From: Betaproteobacteria bacterium
GTDB taxonomy: Bacteria; Bdellovibrionota_B; Oligoflexia; Silvanigrellales; Silvanigrellaceae
DNA: 64,000 nucleotides
Reading direction: 5' to 3'
Assembly (NCBI GenBank): GCA_016868315.1
Contig: VGHE01000008.1
Location: 25,888 to 89,887 of the forward strand
Below the pieces are notes generated by a model that did not search any database, was not told the DNA's origin, and saw only the letters and a program-made list of their open reading frames with translations. Positions within the stretch are counted from its first letter, which is position 1, and every line of letters begins with the position of its first letter. The position numbers were made by a program, and so were the translations under genes. Positions 21,852 to 30,130 of the stretch are shown here, one piece after another.

Positions 21852-22493
21852 TTAGTTTTTCCTACGCAGCCACGCAAAAACCTTTGATCCGATATTTGTG
21901 TTGCCCACTGAAATGCGTGGGAATCCCGCAAACACCTTGCCTGTGCTGCTGTTACAGGCGCTTACAAGAACATCGGCGAAAATCTCATAGACTTCTCCGC
22001 CATTGCTACCAAAGCCGTAGCTGTTGCTTTTGTACGACGCACCTGCATTAACTGTGCAAAGCTTATTCGATAGCTGAACGTCTGAAAAAAGTTCTACACT
22101 CGTGAGAGCGACAATTTCTAAATCGCCCGTTGTGTTTTGTCCGCAATCTGAAGTGAAATTTTCTGATGGCACATCATCAACCTCATATGCCTTTCCATCT
22201 TTTGTGAAGCGGATCAGTTCGGCCTCAGAACCAATGACTCTGCCAACAATCGCAAGTTTTTCGCCGCTTTTAACCGTATACCAATCCTTAGAAAGAAACT
22301 TGACCGTGAAGTCTTTTGTGATTGTTGCCGTGCAGTACGCAGAGAGGTCAACCGGACTCACGCCACCCTCGCCTGGATCTGAACTTGAAGCAGAATTTCC
22401 GCCATTCGTGGGCGATTTCGACTCTGAAGAAGAGCAATGTGGTAAACCAATGAGAGAAACTGTGGCCAGCAATACAGTTGAAAGATTCTTCAT
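21852..22493 (-). CDS. Hypothetical lipoprotein
   Basis: AAGGGAG lies 7 nt upstream of the ATG. 'MKNLSTVLLATVSLIGLPHCSSS' is lipobox-like. Confidence 0.6.
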   Translation of the reverse strand: MKNLSTVLLATVSLIGLPHCSSSESKSPTNGGNSASSSDPGEGGVSPVDLSAYCTATITKDFTVKFLSKDWYTVKSGEKLAIVGRVIGSEAELIRFTKDGKAYEVDDVPSENFTSDCGQNTTGDLEIVALTSVELFSDVQLSNKLCTVNAGASYKSNSYGFGSNGGEVYEIFADVLVSACNSSTGKVFAGFPRISVGNTNIGSKVFAWLRRKN

Positions 22494-22707
22494 CGAGATA
22501 CTCCCTTAAATAAGTCTGTTCAGTTTTGAGAATAATTACGTCTGTGTGTTCTACCTCCTCTGCGGAACAGCCCAACCAAGAGCAATGCCATGGGAAGAAG
22601 AATCAACAATGGAGCAGTGCGAGTCGATTTCCTTCCCTGAGTCGCTAGGCTTCCGCACAATGGTACGAGATATTTCCTCTTCTCATACTGAACGGGGTAG
22701 AGAACGG

Positions 22708-23307
22708 TTAACCCAGCCTTGTCATCGAAGTCAATTCAAACTTCTTGCTGATTGTTGCGTAGCTCATCACGGATTTGGTGGAGTAGTGCGGATGCAAAAG
22801 TCCCATGCAATGACCAATTTCATGCAGAACCGTGAAAGCGAGAGTCTCGGGATTGGTGTCTGAATCGAGCGAAATGTCACAATCGATTATGTAACGCGAA
22901 TCTTCTTCAGTCTCTCCAGTTTTGACCATTGCACTGCCTGCATCACTCCATGAGCCGGAAGCAAAGCTAATGTTGTTGATTTTGTCTTCTTCGTTCGCTC
23001 CTGGCCCCTCTTCTGCAGCAAGTGCCAATTCAATGTAGGCATCTTCAACATCAGTCCAGCGTTGCAACGAGTCCTGCACAATGGCTTTAAAAAAGCCCTT
23101 GTCATCGAGACCAGCATACTTGCCATCGAGAAATTTTTCTTTTGATTTGAATGCCGGAACATCGCCACTGATATGAAAATACACACGGGGAGAATCAGCT
23201 GATACATTCTGACGCACAGGTTCACCCTTAAATGAATCCCTGGCAAAAACATAAGCCTGCGCAACCTGTGCCTGAAGCAAAAGAACAAACACTGCCGTTT
23301 GAATCAT
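22708..23307 (-). CDS. Small secreted metzincin (matrixin/M10-like) zinc protease
   Basis: 'HEIGHCMGLLHPH' matches HExxHxxGxxH, with Met-turn 'SVMSY'. The signal peptide 'MIQTAVFVLLLQAQVAQA' starts at the ATG at 23307, which overlaps the upstream stop as ATGA. Confidence 0.75.
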   Translation of the reverse strand: MIQTAVFVLLLQAQVAQAYVFARDSFKGEPVRQNVSADSPRVYFHISGDVPAFKSKEKFLDGKYAGLDDKGFFKAIVQDSLQRWTDVEDAYIELALAAEEGPGANEEDKINNISFASGSWSDAGSAMVKTGETEEDSRYIIDCDISLDSDTNPETLAFTVLHEIGHCMGLLHPHYSTKSVMSYATISKKFELTSMTRLG

Positions 23308-23770
23308 CTTGACCACAGCGTACCTCCTAGAGCAATTGAACTCACGCCAGAGATGGCCTTCTTGTAAGAGTAAACTGCAGTTGCTGTTCGATAGTCCAAA
23401 GTAAGACAGAACGAATCGAGAGGACACCAGAACTCAAACGCAAAGCCTGCGTAGGGACCAACAAAAGGGGAGGCAGTTCCGTAGCCAAGAGCCGCACCGA
23501 CTGAAATTGCCCATCTCTCGCTTGGCTCGAAACGCACGGCATATGCAATGCCAGGAACAATTCCCAGAACAAATTCGCGGTCGCGTGAGTTGTTGATATA
23601 CGTGTATGAATATTCCGCGGGACTGCCGAACGAAACTGGATTCGCACCTCCCATGACCGAAAAGGCACCGGCTGAAAGACGATGCCCCCCAGCCTCTGCA
23701 CCTGAGGTCAGGAGCGCTGCTAAAGCCACCAAGAGAATCCTAAATCGTTGATGGAAAAAAGAATTTTCAT
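23304..23770 (-). CDS. Small exported beta-barrel-like protein; the start ATG at 23770 is out of frame with the body across an A6 run
   Basis: The body reads 'RFRILLVALAALLTSGAEA...' followed by Gly/aromatic strands. ATG 23770 overlaps the upstream stop as ATGA but is in frame with the body only if the 23755-23760 run has one more base. Confidence 0.5.
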
Positions 23771-24291
23771 AGCGACACCCCTGCAGAGACAGCAAGGGTC
23801 GTGAATCGATCGTGCGAGAGAAGCGCAAAAATGGGAATGTAGGGATGAGATGCGAAGAGCCATGACTTCCAATTCGCCTCAAGAACAAGACCGGAGCCTT
23901 GCAGCATCGTCCAATTCAAACCAACGGGCACCGTGTAATTGAACATCCGCTCGGAATTACCCTCGGCTGAGGTCTGCGCCATCAATGCGCCCAGGCCAAA
24001 TTCAGCTTCGAGTGCACCGCCCGACACAAGCGGAAGGCTGTAAAGAATACCTGCCAGGGCGTGTGTGACCTTGGTTTTCGACTCAGAATATCCGGAGACG
24101 TTCGCATTGAAGACCCAATCTTTCACGTCGACTTTCATTTCTACTAACGGAGAGTCGTTTCCATCGCTTTGCACAGCTACGCCAAGACCAGCTTTCATAG
24201 CCAGGTCATCGCCAGCAGCGCAGCCCCCTGAATGCACCACAAAAGGAACCAAGAGACAGAGCCGCAGGGCTCTCTTCAGAGAATGACCCAT
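23767..24291 (-). CDS. Small lipoprotein / beta-barrel-like protein
   Basis: The internal ATG at 24291 gives 'MGHSLKRALRLCLLVPFVVHSGGC', followed by alternating strands. The longer track ORF adds a non-signal-like extension. Confidence 0.55.
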   Translation of the reverse strand: MGHSLKRALRLCLLVPFVVHSGGCAAGDDLAMKAGLGVAVQSDGNDSPLVEMKVDVKDWVFNANVSGYSESKTKVTHALAGILYSLPLVSGGALEAEFGLGALMAQTSAEGNSERMFNYTVPVGLNWTMLQGSGLVLEANWKSWLFASHPYIPIFALLSHDRFTTLAVSAGVSL

Positions 24292-24495
24292 AGATTGTTG
24301 ACCCACTGATGAATTTTTTGAGTATCTGGCGCAAAAGTACCCGAATATTTCCGGCGCGTCGAAGACATTTGAAGTCAGAATATTGAATCCTCTGAGCATC
24401 GGAATTTCAACACCTGAGCGGCTCCTGTGCTTGAATCTGATATACTTTGGGAATGAGGGAACACGCACTTCAATTTTAAATTCAGGAGAATTCAC

Positions 24496-25104
24496 GTGAC
24501 GCTTCAGAGAAAGCCTGGTTTCATTCTCCTTCTTTCGCAGCTGATTTTATTTTTGAGTTTTGCCTGCATTCCCAAAGGTGGGGACATCAGAACCGTACAG
24601 AAGCCAGTTCCTGCCGTGACAGCCTCAGTGACACCACCCAGTGCTCCACCCCCGAGGGTTACCGGCTCTGCGTCTCAAACTGCTGGGGGCTGCCGTGAAG
24701 GCAGTGAACCCGCCATTGCGGAACTCCGTGCCTGTTGCCGTGAACGGAACTGGGGTCAAGCCTGCGATGGTGGGTGCTGGGCAGAAGGTGTCGGTGAAAA
24801 ACTGAGCCGCATGTGCAATGCACCGAAAGCCTCCACGAGTGATTGCGGAAATAGCCCGGCCAAGGCTCAACTCACTGAGTGGTGCAAGTTTCATTTTAAT
24901 CGACGCTACTGCGGCGTGCCTGACAGCGAATGGATTGGAGCGTGCAAATCGGCAGCAAGCAGTGCGAATCCTGGAGGCAACGACTGCGCAAGCAGTCCTG
25001 CAAAGGATAAAACCAGAGATTGGTGCAATTTTCATTATAATCGCCGATATTGCGGAATCGCGGACTCCGAATGGGTTCAAACCTGCACACCCGCGCCTAA
25101 ATGA
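24496..25104 (+). CDS. Secreted Cys-rich protein with a duplicated ~45-aa 4-Cys module
   Basis: GTG start follows AGGAG 8 nt upstream, and the signal peptide is 'FILLLSQLILFLSFAC'. Modules 'DCGNSPAKAQLTEWCKFHFNRRYCGVPDSEWIGAC' and 'DCASSPAKDKTRDWCNFHYNRRYCGIADSEWVQTC' follow. Confidence 0.65.
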   Translation: MTLQRKPGFILLLSQLILFLSFACIPKGGDIRTVQKPVPAVTASVTPPSAPPPRVTGSASQTAGGCREGSEPAIAELRACCRERNWGQACDGGCWAEGVGEKLSRMCNAPKASTSDCGNSPAKAQLTEWCKFHFNRRYCGVPDSEWIGACKSAASSANPGGNDCASSPAKDKTRDWCNFHYNRRYCGIADSEWVQTCTPAPK

Positions 25105-25211
25105 CCGAAAATAATTGAATTAAAGCCGGCTGTTTCGATTTCACAAATTTCTCGCTCAACCCCGTCCACTTCCTTCCGAAACCCCCTGTAACCACAGATG
25201 AGGGGTTTCGA

Positions 25212-26069
25212 ATGAAGCATATATATTTGAGCACGCTCGCTTTGGTTGTCGTAGCAGGCCTTTCGGCGTGCAAACCTGAACAAAAGCAGGCTGAGCAAAG
25301 CGATTCCGACACCCAATTTGTGCCCGTGGCGGTTGGTGCTGCCTATGGCGTTGGCATCTCGGCGGAGGTTGCTGCCGCAGCTTTTGCAGCGGGCGGAATC
25401 TACGTACTCGATTGCACGCGCCCAGTTGCAGCAGGAGAGATTCGGTTCTTCTGCGATGGTCCAACGAAGCTGAGCCAGGCCGCAATGACACTCGTTGTTA
25501 ATTCAACGCGGACGATTGCCGGAGCACTGCGTTGGTCTGCTGCCAACGTGATTGCACATCTCTCCGAGTTGGCAAAATTCAAGTCTGTCACACATCTGAA
25601 ATCTGCAGTCACAGGCACAGCGAACGCCGGCAGCGTGCGTGAAGCACTTGTGAGCCCGGAGATTCAATCTGCAAGCGGCAAGGGCAACTTTGTAGCTGCG
25701 GTGAAGGGTTCGCTGAGCATCCAGGACAAAAGTAAAAAAAGCTGCAACTACGTTGCGCAATATGAGGCACGACTTGTGCACCGCGAATTCAAAGGTGGTT
25801 GGATGGGAGGAACGAGCACTCGTTTTTTGGCGAGAGCTCCCTCACCCGAATCTGCTGAAGCCATGGCGCTTACAGCTTGTGAGTGGTTCTCGGGAACGAT
25901 TTACAAGCTTGCACCAGGCTTTGCAGGATATTCGCAAACGAAAAACGACTGCCGAAAACCAGCCTCGGTGGCGAATTATAAAGAGGCCTACCGAACCTCA
26001 GATGTTCCCTGCCCGGGCGTCCGTATCTGCACGAGCGAAGCCAATTGCGCTGATTACATTGGGAAATAA
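25212..26069 (+). CDS. Hypothetical lipoprotein
   Basis: GAGGGG is upstream of the start. 'MKHIYLSTLALVVVAGLSAC' carries a lipobox. No family recognised. Confidence 0.6.
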   Translation: MKHIYLSTLALVVVAGLSACKPEQKQAEQSDSDTQFVPVAVGAAYGVGISAEVAAAAFAAGGIYVLDCTRPVAAGEIRFFCDGPTKLSQAAMTLVVNSTRTIAGALRWSAANVIAHLSELAKFKSVTHLKSAVTGTANAGSVREALVSPEIQSASGKGNFVAAVKGSLSIQDKSKKSCNYVAQYEARLVHREFKGGWMGGTSTRFLARAPSPESAEAMALTACEWFSGTIYKLAPGFAGYSQTKNDCRKPASVANYKEAYRTSDVPCPGVRICTSEANCADYIGK

Positions 26070-26072
26070 AAA

Positions 26073-26092
26073 TGCCCCGCAGGGGCGGGGCA
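26073..26092. terminator. GC-rich hairpin terminator; the T-tract is on the minus strand, so it serves pstS
   Basis: tgccccgc-aggg-gcggggca forms a perfect 8-bp stem. On the minus strand it is followed by 'atttttattt'. Confidence 0.65.
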
Positions 26093-26134
26093 AATTAACG
26101 TCAGCTTGAATTACAACACCCGAGAGGAATACTC

Positions 26135-27127
26135 TCAGCCGCCCTTAACAACTCCAAGCTTCACGCGCTCTTCCTGAAGAACCTTGAGCGGAAGTGCGAT
26201 GTAGCCATTCTTGACAACAGCTTCCTGGCCCGCAGCAGAGAGAACATACATCAAGAACTCGCGACGCGCGGGGTCGAGATCCTGTTTGGGAGCCTTGTTG
26301 ATGTAAATGAGAAGGTAACGACCAAGTGGGTACTTACCAGCAAGCGCATTCTCTTCAGTTGCCGGAACAACTTCTGAACCGGGCTTGAGAGAGAGTGCCA
26401 CAGCTTTCACGCCATCGGTTTTATAACCAATGCCGCTGTATCCAATACCGAACTTATCGGTTGCCACACCTTGCACAACTGCAGCTGAGCCGGGTTGTTC
26501 CTTAACTGTATCTTTGAGGTCACCCTTGGCCAGTGCGTTCTCTTTAAAGTAGCCATAGGTTCCCGAAGCGCTATTGCGGCCGTAGAGCTGAATAGGTTTA
26601 TTCGCCCACTCACCAGTGAGGCCGAGGTCACCCCATGTTGCGATATCTTTTTTCGCGCCGCTCTTGCGGGTTTTGGAAAAGATCGCGTCCACATCCTGAA
26701 GACTCAACGACTTGATGGGGTTGTCACGGTGTACATACACGGCCAACACATCGAGCGATGTTTTGACGGGAGTGGGGTCGTAACCAAACTTTGCTTTGAA
26801 CGCGGAGATTTCTTCGTTCTTCATCGGGCGGCTCATAGGACCAAACTGAGCAGTGCCTTCAATAAGAGCAGTAGGTGCAGTTGCGGAGCCCTTGCCCTCA
26901 ACTTCGATTTTTACGCCAGGATAAAACTTGCGAAAGGCTTCCGACCACAAAGCCATTTCGTTGTTCATGGAATCAGAGCCAATTGACTTGAGTGTGCCGG
27001 TCACGCCTGACGTGGGTTTGTAAACAGGCAACGTCTCTTTCCCTGCTTTACCTTTCGCTGCAGCTGAAGCGAAAGAAGACAGGGCAGCCAATACCACAAC
27101 CGAAGAAACCAAAGCTTTGCGCATCAT
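26135..27127 (-). CDS. pstS: Phosphate-binding protein, PstS family (PBP-like 2)
   Basis: Signal peptide followed by 'GSDSMNNEMALWSEAFRKFYPGVKIEVEGKGSATAPTALIEGTAQFGPMSRPMK' and 'YGRNSASGTYGYF'. No pstCAB genes are adjacent. Confidence 0.8.
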   Translation of the reverse strand: MMRKALVSSVVVLAALSSFASAAAKGKAGKETLPVYKPTSGVTGTLKSIGSDSMNNEMALWSEAFRKFYPGVKIEVEGKGSATAPTALIEGTAQFGPMSRPMKNEEISAFKAKFGYDPTPVKTSLDVLAVYVHRDNPIKSLSLQDVDAIFSKTRKSGAKKDIATWGDLGLTGEWANKPIQLYGRNSASGTYGYFKENALAKGDLKDTVKEQPGSAAVVQGVATDKFGIGYSGIGYKTDGVKAVALSLKPGSEVVPATEENALAGKYPLGRYLLIYINKAPKQDLDPARREFLMYVLSAAGQEAVVKNGYIALPLKVLQEERVKLGVVKGG

Positions 27128-27192
27128 TCTGAAGAACCTCCTTGAAGATCCGAAGACCCGGCGAGTGATACCTCAAAGCCATGGTCTCGAGC

Positions 27193-27221
27193 AAAGACAA
27201 TGAGTGAACTCTTTGTGACAG
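27193..27221 (-). promoter_or_regulatory. Candidate Pho box (three 11-bp-phased repeats) upstream of pstS
   Basis: The minus strand reads CTGTCAC-aaag-AGTTCAC-tcat-TGTCTTT, about 70-95 nt upstream of ATG 27127. The first repeat matches the E. coli CTGTCA(T/C) core. Confidence 0.3.
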
Positions 27222-27365
27222 AGTATCTCAGAGAGACTTGAAATGAAGCAAAAAAAGACCATTCTGTTGCAAGAAATTCACAACTTCTCAACAGCGGAGG
27301 CTGGATGAGCGCACCTGAAACACCCCATACTTGCGGCGATTATTGTGGTGGAGGGGTTTTTGCCG

Positions 27366-28109
27366 ATGCCCAAAGAGCTCCGCGCGCTGCTGCGCATTAT
27401 TTTCATTTTGCACACTTCTCTCGTGCTCAACCTGGTCTTGCTACTACTTCCAGGCTTGGTCGATGCGCGCAGCAGAGTGACCTCTTTTTTCTTCCGAATT
27501 ATTCTCTGGGGCTGCGGAATACAGATTCAATCGAGCCTCCCTTTCACAAGCTCGGCTTTAAAAAAGCGAATTCTGATTGTAGCGAATCATGTGAGCTACC
27601 TTGATATTCTCATAATTTGCGCAATTCATCCGTGCATATTTCTTGCCAAATCTGAGGTTGCGAAATGGCCTGTGTTCGGGTGGGTTGCACGTGCGCTGGG
27701 ATGTGTCTTTGTTGAACGTGAATCATTGATGGGAAGGGCATGCGCCCTGAGGCGATGCCTTACAATTCAAAAAAACTCGAGCATCGCCATTTTCCCCGAG
27801 GGAACCACAACTGCTGCAACGGTTCCGGACATGCAGGCCTGGAGCCGTGGACACGCATGGATAGCACAGCGGGCAGAAATGGAGGCGATTTTGTGTTTGG
27901 GTCTTGTTTTTGAAAATCAGCCCGAGCGCGCCTGGACAGACGACACGAGTCTGATGCCTCATTTGTTTCGGACTTTGAGCGAGAAACAAATTCGGGTCAG
28001 CGTGCACGGAACGTGGACTCCTGTGGGTTCCCACCAGCGTCCGCAATCCTTGGCACAAGCTACTCTTCAAGGCGTCTGCTTGGCGGTGAACAATGCCCAT
28101 TCTCGCTGA
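27366..28109 (+). CDS. Lysophospholipid/lyso-aminolipid acyltransferase (PlsC/OlsA-like)
   Basis: HX4D motif 'NHVSYLD' and 'FPEGTT'. I prefer the ATG at 27366, about 10 nt after GGTGGAGGGG, over the GTG at 27345. Confidence 0.75.
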   Translation: MPKELRALLRIIFILHTSLVLNLVLLLLPGLVDARSRVTSFFFRIILWGCGIQIQSSLPFTSSALKKRILIVANHVSYLDILIICAIHPCIFLAKSEVAKWPVFGWVARALGCVFVERESLMGRACALRRCLTIQKNSSIAIFPEGTTTAATVPDMQAWSRGHAWIAQRAEMEAILCLGLVFENQPERAWTDDTSLMPHLFRTLSEKQIRVSVHGTWTPVGSHQRPQSLAQATLQGVCLAVNNAHSR

Positions 28110-29043
28110 TATTGAGAAATTTATTGTCCAATACCGTGATGAAATATCGCACTCAAAAGTGGATACCGTTCACAGCGAAGACGGGGCTTTCGATATTCAC
28201 CTCATCGAGCTGAACGGCGAAGCAACGCCCTCAAAAGATACCTATACACTTTTGCTTGTTGCGGGAGTGCATGGGCTAGAGTGGATTGGTGTCACTGTGC
28301 TTCTTCACCATCTCTCCCACTTACTTGAAACAGCGCGCTGGAACAGTGGTGTGCGCAAGATGCTGAGCTCTGCGCGTGTGGTTGCCATCCCTGCGCTGAA
28401 CCCGACCGGAATTTTTCAAGGCAGGCGTGCCACGGCGCAAGGAATAGACCTTATGCGCAACGCTCCTATTGTTGCCGAATCAGCGGTTCCATTCCTGGGC
28501 GGACAGACAATTTCACCTGTCTTGCCCTACTATCGGGGTACAGGTGAACTCGCGCCAGAGAGTCGTGCTTTAATCCGCGTGGTAGAAAATTTACTCGAGA
28601 CATCGGCCGGCGTGATTGCGCTCGATCTCCACAGCGGTTTCGGTGCACGCGATCGGGTGTGGACACCTTGGTCTATGACCTCGGCTCCACCGCCGCACAC
28701 CGAACAGTACTCAGCCCTAGAACGAGCACTGAACGACTCATTTCCAGACCACATCTACACCTTCGAAAAACAATCCGATAGCTATCAAACACATGGTGAT
28801 CTGTGGGATTATCTGATTGTGGAAAACATGAAGCGAGGCGGCCCTCTCTTTATGCCTCTGACACTGGAAATGGGCAGCTGGAATTGGCTTAAAAAGGCTC
28901 CATGGAATGCTTTTAATAAGCTGGGCTGGTTTCACCCTCTTGCTCCGCATCGTGTCCAGCGCGCCTGCCGCAGGCACATTACGTTGCTCGATTTTTTGGT
29001 CAGTGTTTGCGCAAACGGAAATGATTTCTTTGCGCAAAAATGA
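28093..29043 (+). CDS. M14-like metallopeptidase-fold protein (DUF2817-like)
   Basis: 'LLLVAGVHGLEWIGV' and 'ALDLHSGFG' resemble the zinc-ligand contexts of DUF2817 and succinylglutamate-desuccinylase-like proteins. It overlaps the upstream gene by 17 nt. Confidence 0.5.
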   Translation: MPILADIEKFIVQYRDEISHSKVDTVHSEDGAFDIHLIELNGEATPSKDTYTLLLVAGVHGLEWIGVTVLLHHLSHLLETARWNSGVRKMLSSARVVAIPALNPTGIFQGRRATAQGIDLMRNAPIVAESAVPFLGGQTISPVLPYYRGTGELAPESRALIRVVENLLETSAGVIALDLHSGFGARDRVWTPWSMTSAPPPHTEQYSALERALNDSFPDHIYTFEKQSDSYQTHGDLWDYLIVENMKRGGPLFMPLTLEMGSWNWLKKAPWNAFNKLGWFHPLAPHRVQRACRRHITLLDFLVSVCANGNDFFAQK

Positions 29044-29061
29044 GTAAACCCATGTACAAAA

Positions 29062-29871
29062 TCAGCCCAGTGAACTGAAAAAGCTCCGCCTACAGCGATC
29101 CGACATGGTTTTGGTCGAGAAGTGAATTAGGAAGTCGTGTGAACGGAAAACAGGATCGTGGGAGGGGCCGCCGTACAATTTTGCGCCCAACATTAAGTAC
29201 GAGCGCAAGAGAGGCGGAACGACAGTCTTCAGTTCTTCCTTGCGTGCAGGCGAATTCGAATGAACAGGAACAAGCGCAGGGCACTGGATTGTCTCGGACC
29301 AGGCTCCTTGATCTCTAAAATATTCCACGAGACCCACAGCCTGACAATGATTCGCGTTAAAAACACTGACACTTCCGAATGCATCTGAACGGCCATGCTC
29401 GATCATGTATTTTGCCAATGCACTCCAGAGAATCTTTGGCACTGAACCATTCCGGTGAGCCGGATGCACACAGCTCCGCCCGAGCTCGACCGTTTCACGC
29501 GGGTCGCACATTTCAAGGAGGCCAGATAGGTCGAATTCATTGGCAGAATAGGGAATTAGGCCCGCATTTAAAACCCGGTCGGTTGGCAGAAGTCGATATG
29601 TGGCAATGATTCGATTGTTCGATTTTACAATGAGGTGATCCGCCAGAGAATCGTATTTATCCATGTCTTTCATCGTCGATTGCTCTGCATCGTGCGCAGC
29701 AAGGAAAACATCATACCGCAGCGCAAAAAGCTCATCGAGCTCGTGTGCTTGAGCAAGACTCACCTCGTACTGGGCATTTCGGGTCGGCACGGGAGTGCTG
29801 CTTCCCAGTAATGCTGCACTGATTGGGGGGGTAACAACTGCCTTTGAGTAATCGAATGCTGAAGGATTCAT
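29062..29871 (-). CDS. OlsB-like GNAT N-acyltransferase (N-acyl amino acid / lyso-ornithine-lipid synthase family)
   Basis: 'LFALRYDVFL', 'HLIVKSNNRIIATYRLLP', 'YSANEFDLSGL' and 'ELGRSCVHPAHRNG' follow the OlsB/Acetyltransf_5 pattern. Confidence 0.7.
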   Translation of the reverse strand: MNPSAFDYSKAVVTPPISAALLGSSTPVPTRNAQYEVSLAQAHELDELFALRYDVFLAAHDAEQSTMKDMDKYDSLADHLIVKSNNRIIATYRLLPTDRVLNAGLIPYSANEFDLSGLLEMCDPRETVELGRSCVHPAHRNGSVPKILWSALAKYMIEHGRSDAFGSVSVFNANHCQAVGLVEYFRDQGAWSETIQCPALVPVHSNSPARKEELKTVVPPLLRSYLMLGAKLYGGPSHDPVFRSHDFLIHFSTKTMSDRCRRSFFSSLG

Positions 29872-30130
29872 AGTGGCTCAGCCTCCATTTGAGTTTGGCT
29901 GAGGTTGATTTTCTCAAATGAATGTGAGCCCGGACAGCTTCAAAAATTACAGCCGAGTGAATGATTTAAGGCTTTATTTTGTGGGATTTGTGACATGTGA
30001 ATAAGCCACCTGGGGTGGGAGTGATGTTTCGCAAATGTTGCAGAGTTGTCACTTCGACACTCCCAAATTCCGCCCCAATCGGTTAGCTTGAGCCAGAGCA
30101 AAGACATGAGATGCGACAGAGGACAGAACG

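Noticed and set aside
23771-23888. The N-terminal extension of ORF 23304..23888, and likewise 24292..24495, 35951..36106, 56890..56979 and 31105..31170
   Set aside because: These extensions overlap the upstream gene or precede a clear SD plus signal peptide at an internal start. They arise because the track uses the most upstream ATG, GTG or TTG.
24625-25080. A 151-aa antisense ORF inside the Cys-rich protein gene, plus similar shadow ORFs inside ppc, the helicases, kup and the RCC1 gene
   Set aside because: These lie opposite or out of frame to ORFs with strong family signatures. They have Arg/Cys/Ser-rich improbable compositions and no SD. Long shadow ORFs of this kind are expected in coding DNA.
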